Source of the DNA: a bacterium
GTDB lineage: Bacteria > Hinthialibacterota > Hinthialibacteria > OLB16
Assembly: GCA_022072055.1 (NCBI GenBank)
Contig: JAJVIK010000008.1
Location: 296,111-360,110, forward strand
Direction of reading: 5' to 3'
DNA length: 64,000 nucleotides
Position numbers and translations under genes: made by a program. Positions 56,389 to 64,000 of the stretch are shown one piece after another. Below the pieces are notes generated by a model. That model searched no databases, had not been told where the DNA came from, and was given only the letters and a program-made list of their open reading frames with translations. Each line of letters opens with the position of its first letter. Within the stretch, counting starts at the first letter, position 1.

Positions 56389-58518
56389 TTAGTCGCGGCA
56401 TGGTTTGGTCAAGTCCCGTCGATAGAGTTCCCCGTGGACCCTGCGCGCGGCCACGACCATCTCAGGATAGGGCGTGTCGGTCACATCCACGAAGCCGATG
56501 TTGTAGTTCTCGCCATCGAACCAACGCCCGGTGATCGGTTCATCCACATACTGAAACCAGTGACATCCCACCACCGAGGAACATTCGAGGGCGGAGCGGA
56601 CATAGCGCTCGAAGGCTTCCGCGCGCTCCGCCTGGCTCTCGGTGGGAACAAGCCCCGGGTGAAACATCCCGCGATCCATCGCGCCGAAGTGGAACTCCCC
56701 GATCAGAGCCGGTCTTCCGATCTCACCCAACATCCCGCAAATCTCCTCATCAATCCCCGCGGTGTAAATATTGAAGCTGACCACATCCGCGAATTCGGCG
56801 CAGGCTCGAACCGCCGGGCCGGGACGAGTGGAGAATCGGCAACCGAGATAGAGCTGATGGGGGGCGTGCTTGGCGAGCATCACGCGAATGGTCTCGAAAT
56901 AGACTCGCGCGAACTCGCTCACAAATTCATCCAGATCCGCCCCCGCGGTGACACTCAGCGGTTCCGGGGCGCGCAAAGCCTCCCAGCTCGCGGCCTGTGT
57001 TCCCCAGCGCGCATTGAGGGACTCGATGGAGGGATGCTTCGAGCGGAGCTTGCGGATCAGCGCCTTGCGCGCCGGTTGGTCCGCGGAGCACGAAAGCACC
57101 CCCTTCTGGACGGTCTCCCACGAAAGCTCGTTGTCTGAGAAAAAGCCGATGCAAAGCGGCGAGGCGGAATGGCGTTCGGCCACTCCCGCCACGGCTTCAT
57201 CCACAATGTCCGCAAATAGCGGGTCATACACATCCACCATCGCACCCCAGTAGCCATAGGCTCCATCCAGACGGCGTAGCTTGCTCGGCAGATGGAGCGA
57301 GGCCACATAGGGGAGCCCGTTATCCAGAGCCACATCGGTCTCCGACCAATTCCCCACCGTGTTGAAGCCCCAGGCGCGAAGTCGCCTCGCGGTCACCGAC
57401 TTCCAGGCGTCGCGCCACTTCTCGCCATGCTTGCGGTGCAAGTTCGCGCGGTAAAAGCTGAAGGTTCTTCCCTTGCCCCCGATGATGTCCGCCATGCTGT
57501 GCGCGCCCTCGACTCGACCGAAATACTTCGAGAAGGGATCGCCCGATTCCTCGGGTAGCCAATCAAACCAATCGGCGCGTTTCTCGACAAAAGTTTGCTC
57601 CCAGGCCCCCACACAGTCGATCCCGGCAGAGAAGAAAAGGTTGCCTTCCGGGGTCACCAACCACCATCGGCCATCCCGTTTCTCGGTCCGGAACCAACCG
57701 GTGGCCTCCAGCTTCGGTCCGCCCTTCCAGCCCGCGAACCGGTCGTGGTCACTCCACGCCTCGGTAGAGGAGAGCATCCGCTCCTCCTCGACCGCGCGCG
57801 CGCGCAGCTCCTCTTCGCCGGACAGCTTCCCCGGCCAGGTGGCGTGCTTGTATTGGCCGAATCGGTCCACAAAGGGAAGCGGCAAATCCGCGCCCGCCTT
57901 CCCGCCCGCGCCGAAGAGACGGAAGCCATGGAGGAAAAGCCGGTGTTCACGCTCCGGCATGGGGAGAAAAACCTGGAAGGCGACGACCCGTGAGAGGTCA
58001 ATCTCCGCGCCGGTTCCGACCGGACCGGTTTCGGGGAGGCCGCGCATGCCCCACAGGCGCTCGCTCTGTCCCGTGTTGAAGATCAGCCGAAGGGGGGTGA
58101 GCTTTCCGGGAGCGGCGAGCGCCGTGGCGGTGTTGCAGTGTTCGAGTCCGTTCGCGCCCTCATTGTCGACGCGCATGGAAACTCGGATCGGGACTGTCTC
58201 CGGGTTTTCGATCTCCACCTCGACTCCGAGATAGCCCGACCAGTCCCAGCCATCCTGAGGAGCCCTGAACTCCACGTTCGGCCAGTCGGCTTTGAGGAAT
58301 TCGACGGCAAGCTGGGCTGTTCCGTTCCGTGAGACCGTTTCGGCGCGCGAGTTGTTCTGGACCAGGCGCGACGGCAGGGAGCCGGGCGAAAGCTCCACCA
58401 GCGGGCGGAATTCATCGCCCACCGCCCTTGGCGCGAGGGCCGCGCTCAGGAATCCGGCCACAGAGACCGCGAGGACCCAACCACTTGGCGCAAGGCCAAG
58501 TCGAGAGCTCCCCTTCAC
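56389..58518 (-). CDS. secreted TIM-barrel glycoside-hydrolase-like protein (GH42/GH50-related by motif; family uncertain)
   Basis: Signal peptide. AWGFNTVGNW and FSDNELSW-type motifs typical of clan GH-A hydrolases. 709 aa. Confidence 0.5.
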   Translation of the reverse strand: MKGSSRLGLAPSGWVLAVSVAGFLSAALAPRAVGDEFRPLVELSPGSLPSRLVQNNSRAETVSRNGTAQLAVEFLKADWPNVEFRAPQDGWDWSGYLGVEVEIENPETVPIRVSMRVDNEGANGLEHCNTATALAAPGKLTPLRLIFNTGQSERLWGMRGLPETGPVGTGAEIDLSRVVAFQVFLPMPEREHRLFLHGFRLFGAGGKAGADLPLPFVDRFGQYKHATWPGKLSGEEELRARAVEEERMLSSTEAWSDHDRFAGWKGGPKLEATGWFRTEKRDGRWWLVTPEGNLFFSAGIDCVGAWEQTFVEKRADWFDWLPEESGDPFSKYFGRVEGAHSMADIIGGKGRTFSFYRANLHRKHGEKWRDAWKSVTARRLRAWGFNTVGNWSETDVALDNGLPYVASLHLPSKLRRLDGAYGYWGAMVDVYDPLFADIVDEAVAGVAERHSASPLCIGFFSDNELSWETVQKGVLSCSADQPARKALIRKLRSKHPSIESLNARWGTQAASWEALRAPEPLSVTAGADLDEFVSEFARVYFETIRVMLAKHAPHQLYLGCRFSTRPGPAVRACAEFADVVSFNIYTAGIDEEICGMLGEIGRPALIGEFHFGAMDRGMFHPGLVPTESQAERAEAFERYVRSALECSSVVGCHWFQYVDEPITGRWFDGENYNIGFVDVTDTPYPEMVVAARRVHGELYRRDLTKPCRD

Positions 58519-58721
58519 CGCTGTATCTCGCGCTCGAATATCAGCTCAAAGAACTTGGCCGCTCCATACACCGCGATTCCAGGGGCAAAGATTTGGACAA
58601 GCCTCCACCCATCGCGCGCGTGCTCGTGCACGGTGGATTGATAGTTCTCAAGCGCGGCCTTCCTGACACCCACATACCCTTCTCCCAAGCGGACAAACTT
58701 GTACTCGTATCGAGAAGCCAT
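58515..58721 (-). CDS. DUF4177 domain protein
   Basis: MASRYEYKFVRL... matches the short DUF4177 family. Confidence 0.55.
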   Translation of the reverse strand: MASRYEYKFVRLGEGYVGVRKAALENYQSTVHEHARDGWRLVQIFAPGIAVYGAAKFFELIFEREIQR

Positions 58722-58727
58722 GCGCGT

Positions 58728-60068
58728 TCACACCTCCGGCAGTTTCCAAGGGGCGCGATATTCGCGACCGACCCACCTGTTGGCCTCCTCGTCCCCGATA
58801 ATCTGCTCTTTCTCGGCATCCCAGAAGATCCGCCGCCCCACCCGCAGGGCGATGTTGGCGAGGTGGCAGGCGATCATCGAGTTGTGCCCGATCTCAACCT
58901 CGGAGTGCGGTTGCTCCCGGCTGCGCACACAGTCGATGAAGTTCTTGATATGGTCAAAATGGAAGTCATCGAACGAGCGGCGCCGAGGAACCCCAATCGC
59001 CTTGTAATCGCGCGGCTTGTCGATGGCCGAGGTTTCCGGCCAGACCTCCCATTGGTGACGGTCCACGATGAGGATCCCCTCGTTGCCGTGAAAGGCCACT
59101 CCATGCTCGCGGTCGAACGGACCGCGGCCGACCCCCACGGCGTGCTCCCAGATCAAGTTCCAACCGTCGTATTCGAGGATCGACTGCTGGGTGTCCGGGG
59201 TCTCCATCGCATCATTGGGGTAGCCGTATTTCCCGCCGATGGCCATCGCCGATTTGGGCGCGAGGACATCCATGCCGAAGTTGGCGATATCGAGCATGTG
59301 CGCGCCCCAGTCTGTCATCAGGCCGCCGGAGTAGTCCCAGTACCAGCGGAAGTTGAAGTGACAGCGGTTCTTGTTGTAGGGCCGCGCGGGGGCCGGACCG
59401 AGCCAAAAATCCCAATCCAAGTTCTCGGGCGGATCCTCGTCCGCGACGGGGGGCAGCTCCCCCTTCCAGTCCAGGTACGCCCAAGCCTTGACCAGCCGGA
59501 TCTGCCCGAGCTTTCCGGACTTCACATACTCGATGGCCTCCCGATAGTGTTTGGCGCTGCGCTGCTGGGTGCCCATCTGCACAATCCGGTTGTTGGCGCG
59601 AGCGGCTTTGACCATGGCGCGGCCTTCCGCGACGGAAAGCGCGAGCGGCTTCTCAACATAAACATCCTTGCCCGCCTGGCACGCCAGAATGGTGGGGATC
59701 GCGTGCCAATGATCGGGAGTGGCGACAATCACCACATCGATGTCCTTGCGGTCGATGACTTCGCGGAAATCCTTGTGGGTGTCGGGCCGCTTGCCCCGGT
59801 TCTTCTCCAAATCGTCGGCGGTCTTGGCCAAGTGCTCGGTGTCGACATCGCACAAGGCGAGACATTCGACCCCATCGATCTTGAGCATCTGTTTGAGGTC
59901 GGCGTTCCCCTGGCCGCCGCATCCGATCAGCGCGACCGAAATCTTGTCGTTGGCGGCGACCTTCTCCTTGTCTTCGGATGCGGCCGGAAGAGCGGTGGAA
60001 AGCGCCCCCGCCCCGGCGGCAATGAGCGTGCTGTCCTGAATAAAATTCCTGCGCGTGAATTTCTTCAT
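58728..60068 (-). CDS. Gfo/Idh/MocA family oxidoreductase with TAT signal
   Basis: MKKFTRRNFIQDSTLIAAGAGAL TAT motif. VALIGCGGQG Rossmann. Confidence 0.8.
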   Translation of the reverse strand: MKKFTRRNFIQDSTLIAAGAGALSTALPAASEDKEKVAANDKISVALIGCGGQGNADLKQMLKIDGVECLALCDVDTEHLAKTADDLEKNRGKRPDTHKDFREVIDRKDIDVVIVATPDHWHAIPTILACQAGKDVYVEKPLALSVAEGRAMVKAARANNRIVQMGTQQRSAKHYREAIEYVKSGKLGQIRLVKAWAYLDWKGELPPVADEDPPENLDWDFWLGPAPARPYNKNRCHFNFRWYWDYSGGLMTDWGAHMLDIANFGMDVLAPKSAMAIGGKYGYPNDAMETPDTQQSILEYDGWNLIWEHAVGVGRGPFDREHGVAFHGNEGILIVDRHQWEVWPETSAIDKPRDYKAIGVPRRRSFDDFHFDHIKNFIDCVRSREQPHSEVEIGHNSMIACHLANIALRVGRRIFWDAEKEQIIGDEEANRWVGREYRAPWKLPEV

Positions 60069-60155
60069 GGTGGCCTCCGTGAGTTGAGATCAAAGGAATG
60101 GTACGACTCCGCTTGAGGGGAGAGCAGGGCCAATTTGAAAGCACCGGACTTCTCG

Positions 60156-60842
60156 CTACTCGCGCGGATGGCGCGGGGGTTCAGCCCCGATGGCGCCCTG
60201 ATGGCCGTGGTCCCCTTCAGGGTGGCTGATCAGCATGGGATCTCCTCCCGCGGCCTCAAACACCGCCTCCGCATAGTGGATAAACCGGACATAGGCTTCC
60301 ACGAACTCACGCCCCGCGGCAAGGTCGGAGGATGGATGTTTCCGCGTTAGAGTCACCTTTTCAAAGCGTTCGGAAAGACCCTCTTCAAGCTGGGTCGCGA
60401 GCAACGTGTGCAAGGCTTCGAGCGAGCCGGTCTCAATCGCTCGGTCCGCGGCGGGGATGGCGGGACCAAGGTCCCTTCCCGCCGGTTTGAGTCCGGTAAA
60501 GGGCTCCCCTTCGCCCGCGCGATGAAGTCGAACCACTGTCTCGAAGAAGAATGCATCCGCGAGGGACTTGGCTTCCTCTCCAAGCTTCCGGACCGCAAGA
60601 GTCCTCGACAAGGCGCCGCGGACCTCGGCCTCATCCTGTTCCGCAACCCAGATCAGCGCCAGGTTGGGGTCCCCCTGCTCAATCGCTTGTCTTGCGGCGG
60701 CCACCACCGGGCCATCGAGGCTATCGCAGTGCGCGAAGACCGGCACGCCCCGCGTGGCCATGCACATCACGGCCACAACCGCAATGGTCCCAAAGCGCCC
60801 TCTGTCACTCCTTCTCATGGCCGATATCTCCTTTCTGTCCAC
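60156..60842 (-). CDS. secreted hypothetical protein
   Basis: 228-aa ORF with a signal-like N-terminus. No family recognised. Confidence 0.4.
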   Translation of the reverse strand: MDRKEISAMRRSDRGRFGTIAVVAVMCMATRGVPVFAHCDSLDGPVVAAARQAIEQGDPNLALIWVAEQDEAEVRGALSRTLAVRKLGEEAKSLADAFFFETVVRLHRAGEGEPFTGLKPAGRDLGPAIPAADRAIETGSLEALHTLLATQLEEGLSERFEKVTLTRKHPSSDLAAGREFVEAYVRFIHYAEAVFEAAGGDPMLISHPEGDHGHQGAIGAEPPRHPRE

Positions 60843-61038
60843 TCCACGACCGGATCAAGTCGTCTTCGGGTAGGGCGCCGCCTCGGGAGGTCGAACTCCA
60901 CCGATTCCATATATCCGGCGGAAGGCTTCGATATCCCTCTTATGGTCGCCATGGAGTCGAACTTTGAGCCTCGCCGGGGCGCATGAGGATGAACTCCTTG
61001 CCCCTCGCGACTTGTCACGGGATGAAGCCAACGCGGCT

Positions 61039-61809
61039 CTAACCGGCGTTTCTCTCACGCAGCAAGCGGTCCATCTTCTGGGCGTCCTGAGGGGTGTCCA
61101 CTCCGAAGGAGCGGTAAGGGGTCACGAGCACCCGGATTGGGATGCCGTTTTCAAGCGCCCGGAGTTGCTCCAGCTTCTCGAGGTTCTCGAGCTTCCCCTG
61201 CGGCAGGCGGACAAACTCGCGAAGGGTCTTGGGGGTGTATGCATAGATTCCGATGTGATGGTGATAGGCTGTCTCCGTGCCCTCGCGCGGATAGGGAATC
61301 GGAGCGCGCGAGAAATAGAGGGCGTTGGAGCGATTGTCGAAGACCACCTTGACCTTGGCGGGGTCCAGCGCCTCCGCGGGTGAAAGCGGATGAGAAAGGG
61401 TGGCCATCTGCGGAGAGTCGGGACCATTGAATAGCGCGGCGATCTGGTCGATGGCATCTGGTTCGGTCATCGGCTCGTCCCCTTGGACATTGATGACCAC
61501 ATCGGGATTGCCTTCCCCGAGGGCCTCGGCGATGCGGTCTGTGCCGGAGGGGTGATTCGGGGAAGTCAGGACCGCCTCGCCCCCGAATCCCTGGACCACA
61601 TCCACAATCCGCTGGTCATCGGTGGCCACGACCACGCGCTCCACCGAGGGGGCTTTTCGGGCCCCTTCCACAACCCACTGGATCATGGGTTTTCCGGCCA
61701 GTTGAATCAGCGGCTTTCCGGGGAGTCGGGTGGAATCGAAACGGGCAGGAATATAGCACCACGCGCGCACGGTCAGGACCTCCTCAACGGTCAGAAATCG
61801 ATTCCGCAA
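61039..61809 (-). CDS. kdsB: 3-deoxy-manno-octulosonate cytidylyltransferase
   Basis: CYIPARFDSTRLPGKPL...VVATDDQRI...VINVQGDEP is the KdsB signature. Confidence 0.9.
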   Translation of the reverse strand: MRNRFLTVEEVLTVRAWCYIPARFDSTRLPGKPLIQLAGKPMIQWVVEGARKAPSVERVVVATDDQRIVDVVQGFGGEAVLTSPNHPSGTDRIAEALGEGNPDVVINVQGDEPMTEPDAIDQIAALFNGPDSPQMATLSHPLSPAEALDPAKVKVVFDNRSNALYFSRAPIPYPREGTETAYHHHIGIYAYTPKTLREFVRLPQGKLENLEKLEQLRALENGIPIRVLVTPYRSFGVDTPQDAQKMDRLLRERNAG

Positions 61810-61824
61810 ACCAACGCCGACGGT

Positions 61825-62871
61825 TCAACAGGCCGCGGCGGAAAAGGTCGTCTCCGAGTCCGCCTCAGGGGGGACCTTTGAGGCCCGCGACGGGTTCCGA
61901 AAAGGGACCGGTTTGCGCCTTGGCTCCTCAAACTCCCCAATCGCGCGGAACTTGGAATATCGGGCGGCAACCAGTTGATCCACTGGGACCTTTTCCAGCT
62001 CCTCAAGGTTGGAGAGGATCGCCTCCCTCAAGTTGTCGGCGGTCTCGCGCCAATCCTGGTGGGCGCCGCCGATCGGTTCGGCCACGACCTCATCCACCAC
62101 GCCGAGCTGGAGCAAATCATCGGCCGTGATCTTCATCGAAGAGACCGCCGCCGAAGCCTTCGCGCGGTCCTTGAACAGAATCGCCGCGCAGGCTTCCGGG
62201 GTGCAGACCGCGTAGTAGGCGTTTTGCAGGAGCAAGACCCGGTCCCCGACTCCGATGGCCAAGGCCCCGCCGCTGCCCCCCTCGCCGGTCACGGTCACAA
62301 TAACCGGGGTTTTGAGCCGCGCCATGCGCATCAGGTTCCGCGCGATCGCCTCGGCCTGACCGCGCTCCTCCGCGCCGATGCCGGGATAGGCCCCCGCACT
62401 GTCGATGAAGCACAAAATCGGCTTCTTGAAGCGCTCGGCGAGCTCCATGAGACGAAGCGCCTTGCGGAAGCCCTCGGGGTTCGGCATCCCAAAGTTGCGC
62501 TTGATGTTCTCCTCGGTGTCGCGCCCCTTGAGGTGACCGACCACCATGACCGTCCGGTCCTCGATGGTCGCGAATCCGCCGATGATCGCCGGGTCATCCC
62601 CATACAGACGGTCCCCATGCAGCTCCACGAAATCGGTCATCATCAGGCGGATGTAATCCGGACAATAAGGCCGGTCCGGGTGACGGGCCAGCTGGATCCG
62701 CTGGTACGGGGTGAGGCTGTAAAAGATGTCGCGGACCAGTTGGTGGCGCCTGCGGCGGAGGGCGTCGATCTCACCCTCCATGTCCAACCCGGTCTTTTGC
62801 GCGTAATCGAGTTGCTGCTGGATGATGCGGTCCAGCTCTTCGATCGGACGTTCAAAGTCGAGGTAGCGCAC
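61825..62871 (-). CDS. accA: acetyl-CoA carboxylase carboxyltransferase subunit alpha
   Basis: MRYLDFERPIEELDRII... and ...FIDSAGAYPGIGAEERGQAEAIARNL are the AccA signatures. Confidence 0.9.
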   Translation of the reverse strand: MRYLDFERPIEELDRIIQQQLDYAQKTGLDMEGEIDALRRRRHQLVRDIFYSLTPYQRIQLARHPDRPYCPDYIRLMMTDFVELHGDRLYGDDPAIIGGFATIEDRTVMVVGHLKGRDTEENIKRNFGMPNPEGFRKALRLMELAERFKKPILCFIDSAGAYPGIGAEERGQAEAIARNLMRMARLKTPVIVTVTGEGGSGGALAIGVGDRVLLLQNAYYAVCTPEACAAILFKDRAKASAAVSSMKITADDLLQLGVVDEVVAEPIGGAHQDWRETADNLREAILSNLEELEKVPVDQLVAARYSKFRAIGEFEEPRRKPVPFRNPSRASKVPPEADSETTFSAAAC

Positions 62872-63128
62872 CCGAAGTGTCTCCCTTCAGTGTTGGTTTG
62901 GCCGGTGATGGGTGAGTTCTGGCGGCATGCGGCAACGGTACGCTAACAGTATCTTCCGGGAAGGGAACCGATGTCAACGTGAAGATGAAGAAAGCCTACT
63001 TACCGGAGATTCCCCTTGGGCGGATCGGGAAGGGGTGGACAAGGGCGAACGGTGTGGTTTATTGTCATGGTGGCTAGAAGCACTGCTCTGGCCCATTGAT
63101 CTCTTCCATCTTTTCATGGAGTAGTAGT

Positions 63129-63338
63129 ATGCGTCGCGCAACCATCACCCTCCCAAGCGATCTCCTGGAAGCGCTCTCGTCTGTCGTTGAGGCCAAGAGC
63201 AAGACCGAGGCGGTGCTGATTGCCATCCGGGACGAGATTCGGCGCAAGAAACTCGCTCGGATTCAGACTCTGGCCGGGCGACTGGAATTTGGACCCTCCG
63301 CCGAGGAATTGAGGCACTCCGATGAACGACTCGGCTGA
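63129..63338 (+). CDS. vapB: type II antitoxin (VapB-like)
   Basis: A short ORF (MRRATITLPSDLLEAL...) overlapping the start of a PIN-domain gene by about 17 nt. Confidence 0.55.
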   Translation: MRRATITLPSDLLEALSSVVEAKSKTEAVLIAIRDEIRRKKLARIQTLAGRLEFGPSAEELRHSDERLG

Positions 63339-63738
63339 GGTCCTGGTCGACACCTCGGCCTGGATCGACTACTTCCGAGGGAAGGAGCCGTGTCGCCCGA
63401 TTGTCGCCTCCCTGCTGGAAAGAGATTGTATCTTCTGCGCGGGTCTGGTCTTGGCGGAGCTTATCCAAGGGGCGAAAGGGGAGACCGAGCTTGAGGTCCT
63501 GCGGGACTTCCCGCGTGTATTCCGGTTTCTCCCCGAAACGACCGAGGCTTGGGTCGAGGCTGGGGAACTCTCACGGCGGCTCCGGGTCAAGGGTAAGACG
63601 GTTGGGCTCTCCGACTGTTTCCTCGCGGTTCTGGCCGCCAAAGCCGGCGCTCGGATACTCACGCGGGATCACCACTTCCGCATCCTTGCCCCGGAGGCCG
63701 GAGTCTCGCTCTACACAAGCCCGCGTCTTGGCCCCTGA
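63322..63738 (+). CDS. vapC: PIN-domain toxin VapC
   Basis: VLVDTSAWIDYF ... LSDCFLAVLAAKAGARILTRDHHF carries the PIN acidic residues. Confidence 0.8.
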   Translation: MNDSAEVLVDTSAWIDYFRGKEPCRPIVASLLERDCIFCAGLVLAELIQGAKGETELEVLRDFPRVFRFLPETTEAWVEAGELSRRLRVKGKTVGLSDCFLAVLAAKAGARILTRDHHFRILAPEAGVSLYTSPRLGP

Positions 63739-63739
63739 C

Positions 63740-64000
63740 TCAACCTCTGGAATCCCCGCGGGCTAGGGCCGCCCTTGCGCTCGGGCTGGAGAGATTCAGC
63801 CATTCGATCCCGACCTTGCCGAGGGCGTAACCCAACTCCTTGAGGTGGTCGCCATAGGACAGCATCCAGTGGAACCCGACCATCTCGCGCGCGAGCAGGT
63901 CACAATCCCCTTCAACCGAAACATCCACCTGTGAGCGGCAGATGTCATGAAGGGGGTTGGCGAGGACCTTGCCCCGGAAGCCGATCCAGCGTTTGGCCCC
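63740..64000 (-). CDS. hypothetical protein, 5' end off window
   Basis: The minus-strand frame stays open from the window edge down to the stop at 63740. No family recognised. Confidence 0.3.
   Translation of the reverse strand, partial: GAKRWIGFRGKVLANPLHDICRSQVDVSVEGDCDLLAREMVGFHWMLSYGDHLKELGYALGKVGIEWLNLSSPSARAALARGDSRG

Noticed and set aside
58329-60116. 595-aa plus-strand ORF
   Set aside because: Antisense to the TAT-Gfo/Idh/MocA oxidoreductase and DUF4177 genes. No domain signatures.
1-64000. CRISPR arrays / rRNA genes
   Set aside because: No regularly spaced direct repeats outside coding Thr/Pro-linker repeats. No rRNA-like conserved segments noticed.

Overview
This is a high-GC (~63-65%) bacterial chromosomal segment with tightly packed genes. 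The gene content (beta-propeller/HEAT/cytochrome-c proteins, ThuA-SGNH, TAT-signal Gfo/Idh/MocA oxidoreductases) suggests a PVC-superphylum, Planctomycetota-like organism, but that is an inference.

Blocks that can be recognised, in order:
(1) 1-7.7 kb: a partial sigma-54/GAF activator and a small accessory segment (AhpD-like, alpha/beta hydrolase, SDR, truncated IS66 transposase, SWIM-SNF2 helicase), ending at a tRNA-like 3' fragment.
(2) 7.8-14.9 kb: a complete ectoine/hydroxyectoine locus, ectR(MarR)-ectABCD-ehuBCDA, with a near-consensus sigma70 promoter and a palindromic candidate operator upstream of ectA.
(3) 15-21.6 kb: an ECF sigma / zf-HC2 anti-sigma pair directly upstream of a tandem array of four secreted proteins built from cohesin-like domains, Thr/Pro linkers and C-terminal dockerin-like calcium-loop tails. 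The anti-sigma factor's extracytoplasmic domain is itself homologous to the cohesin-like domain. This is the most unusual system in the window.
(4) 21.8-27 kb: GrpB, an EEP-family membrane protein, a secreted hypothetical, a transposase remnant, a TPR/coiled-coil protein and a 65-aa secreted mini-protein with a single dockerin-like motif.
(5) 27-33 kb: flagellar fliK-flgD-flgE with unusually long FliK and FlgE.
(6) 33-41 kb: Gfo/Idh/MocA, a retropepsin-like protease, the conserved phoH-7TM-HD-ybeY-corC cluster and an HNH endonuclease.
(7) 41-52 kb: a caspase(C14)-FGE fusion, then three PVC-type beta-propeller/HEAT/cytochrome-c proteins (one split into two genes, one fused), an orphan antitoxin-like ORF and ThuA-SGNH.
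(8) 52-64 kb: a 1316-aa CARDB-like repeat protein with the same dockerin-like tail, a TIM-barrel hydrolase-like protein, DUF4177, Gfo/Idh/MocA, kdsB, accA and vapBC.

No CRISPR array or rRNA was seen. Many long ORFs antisense to real genes are GC artefacts.
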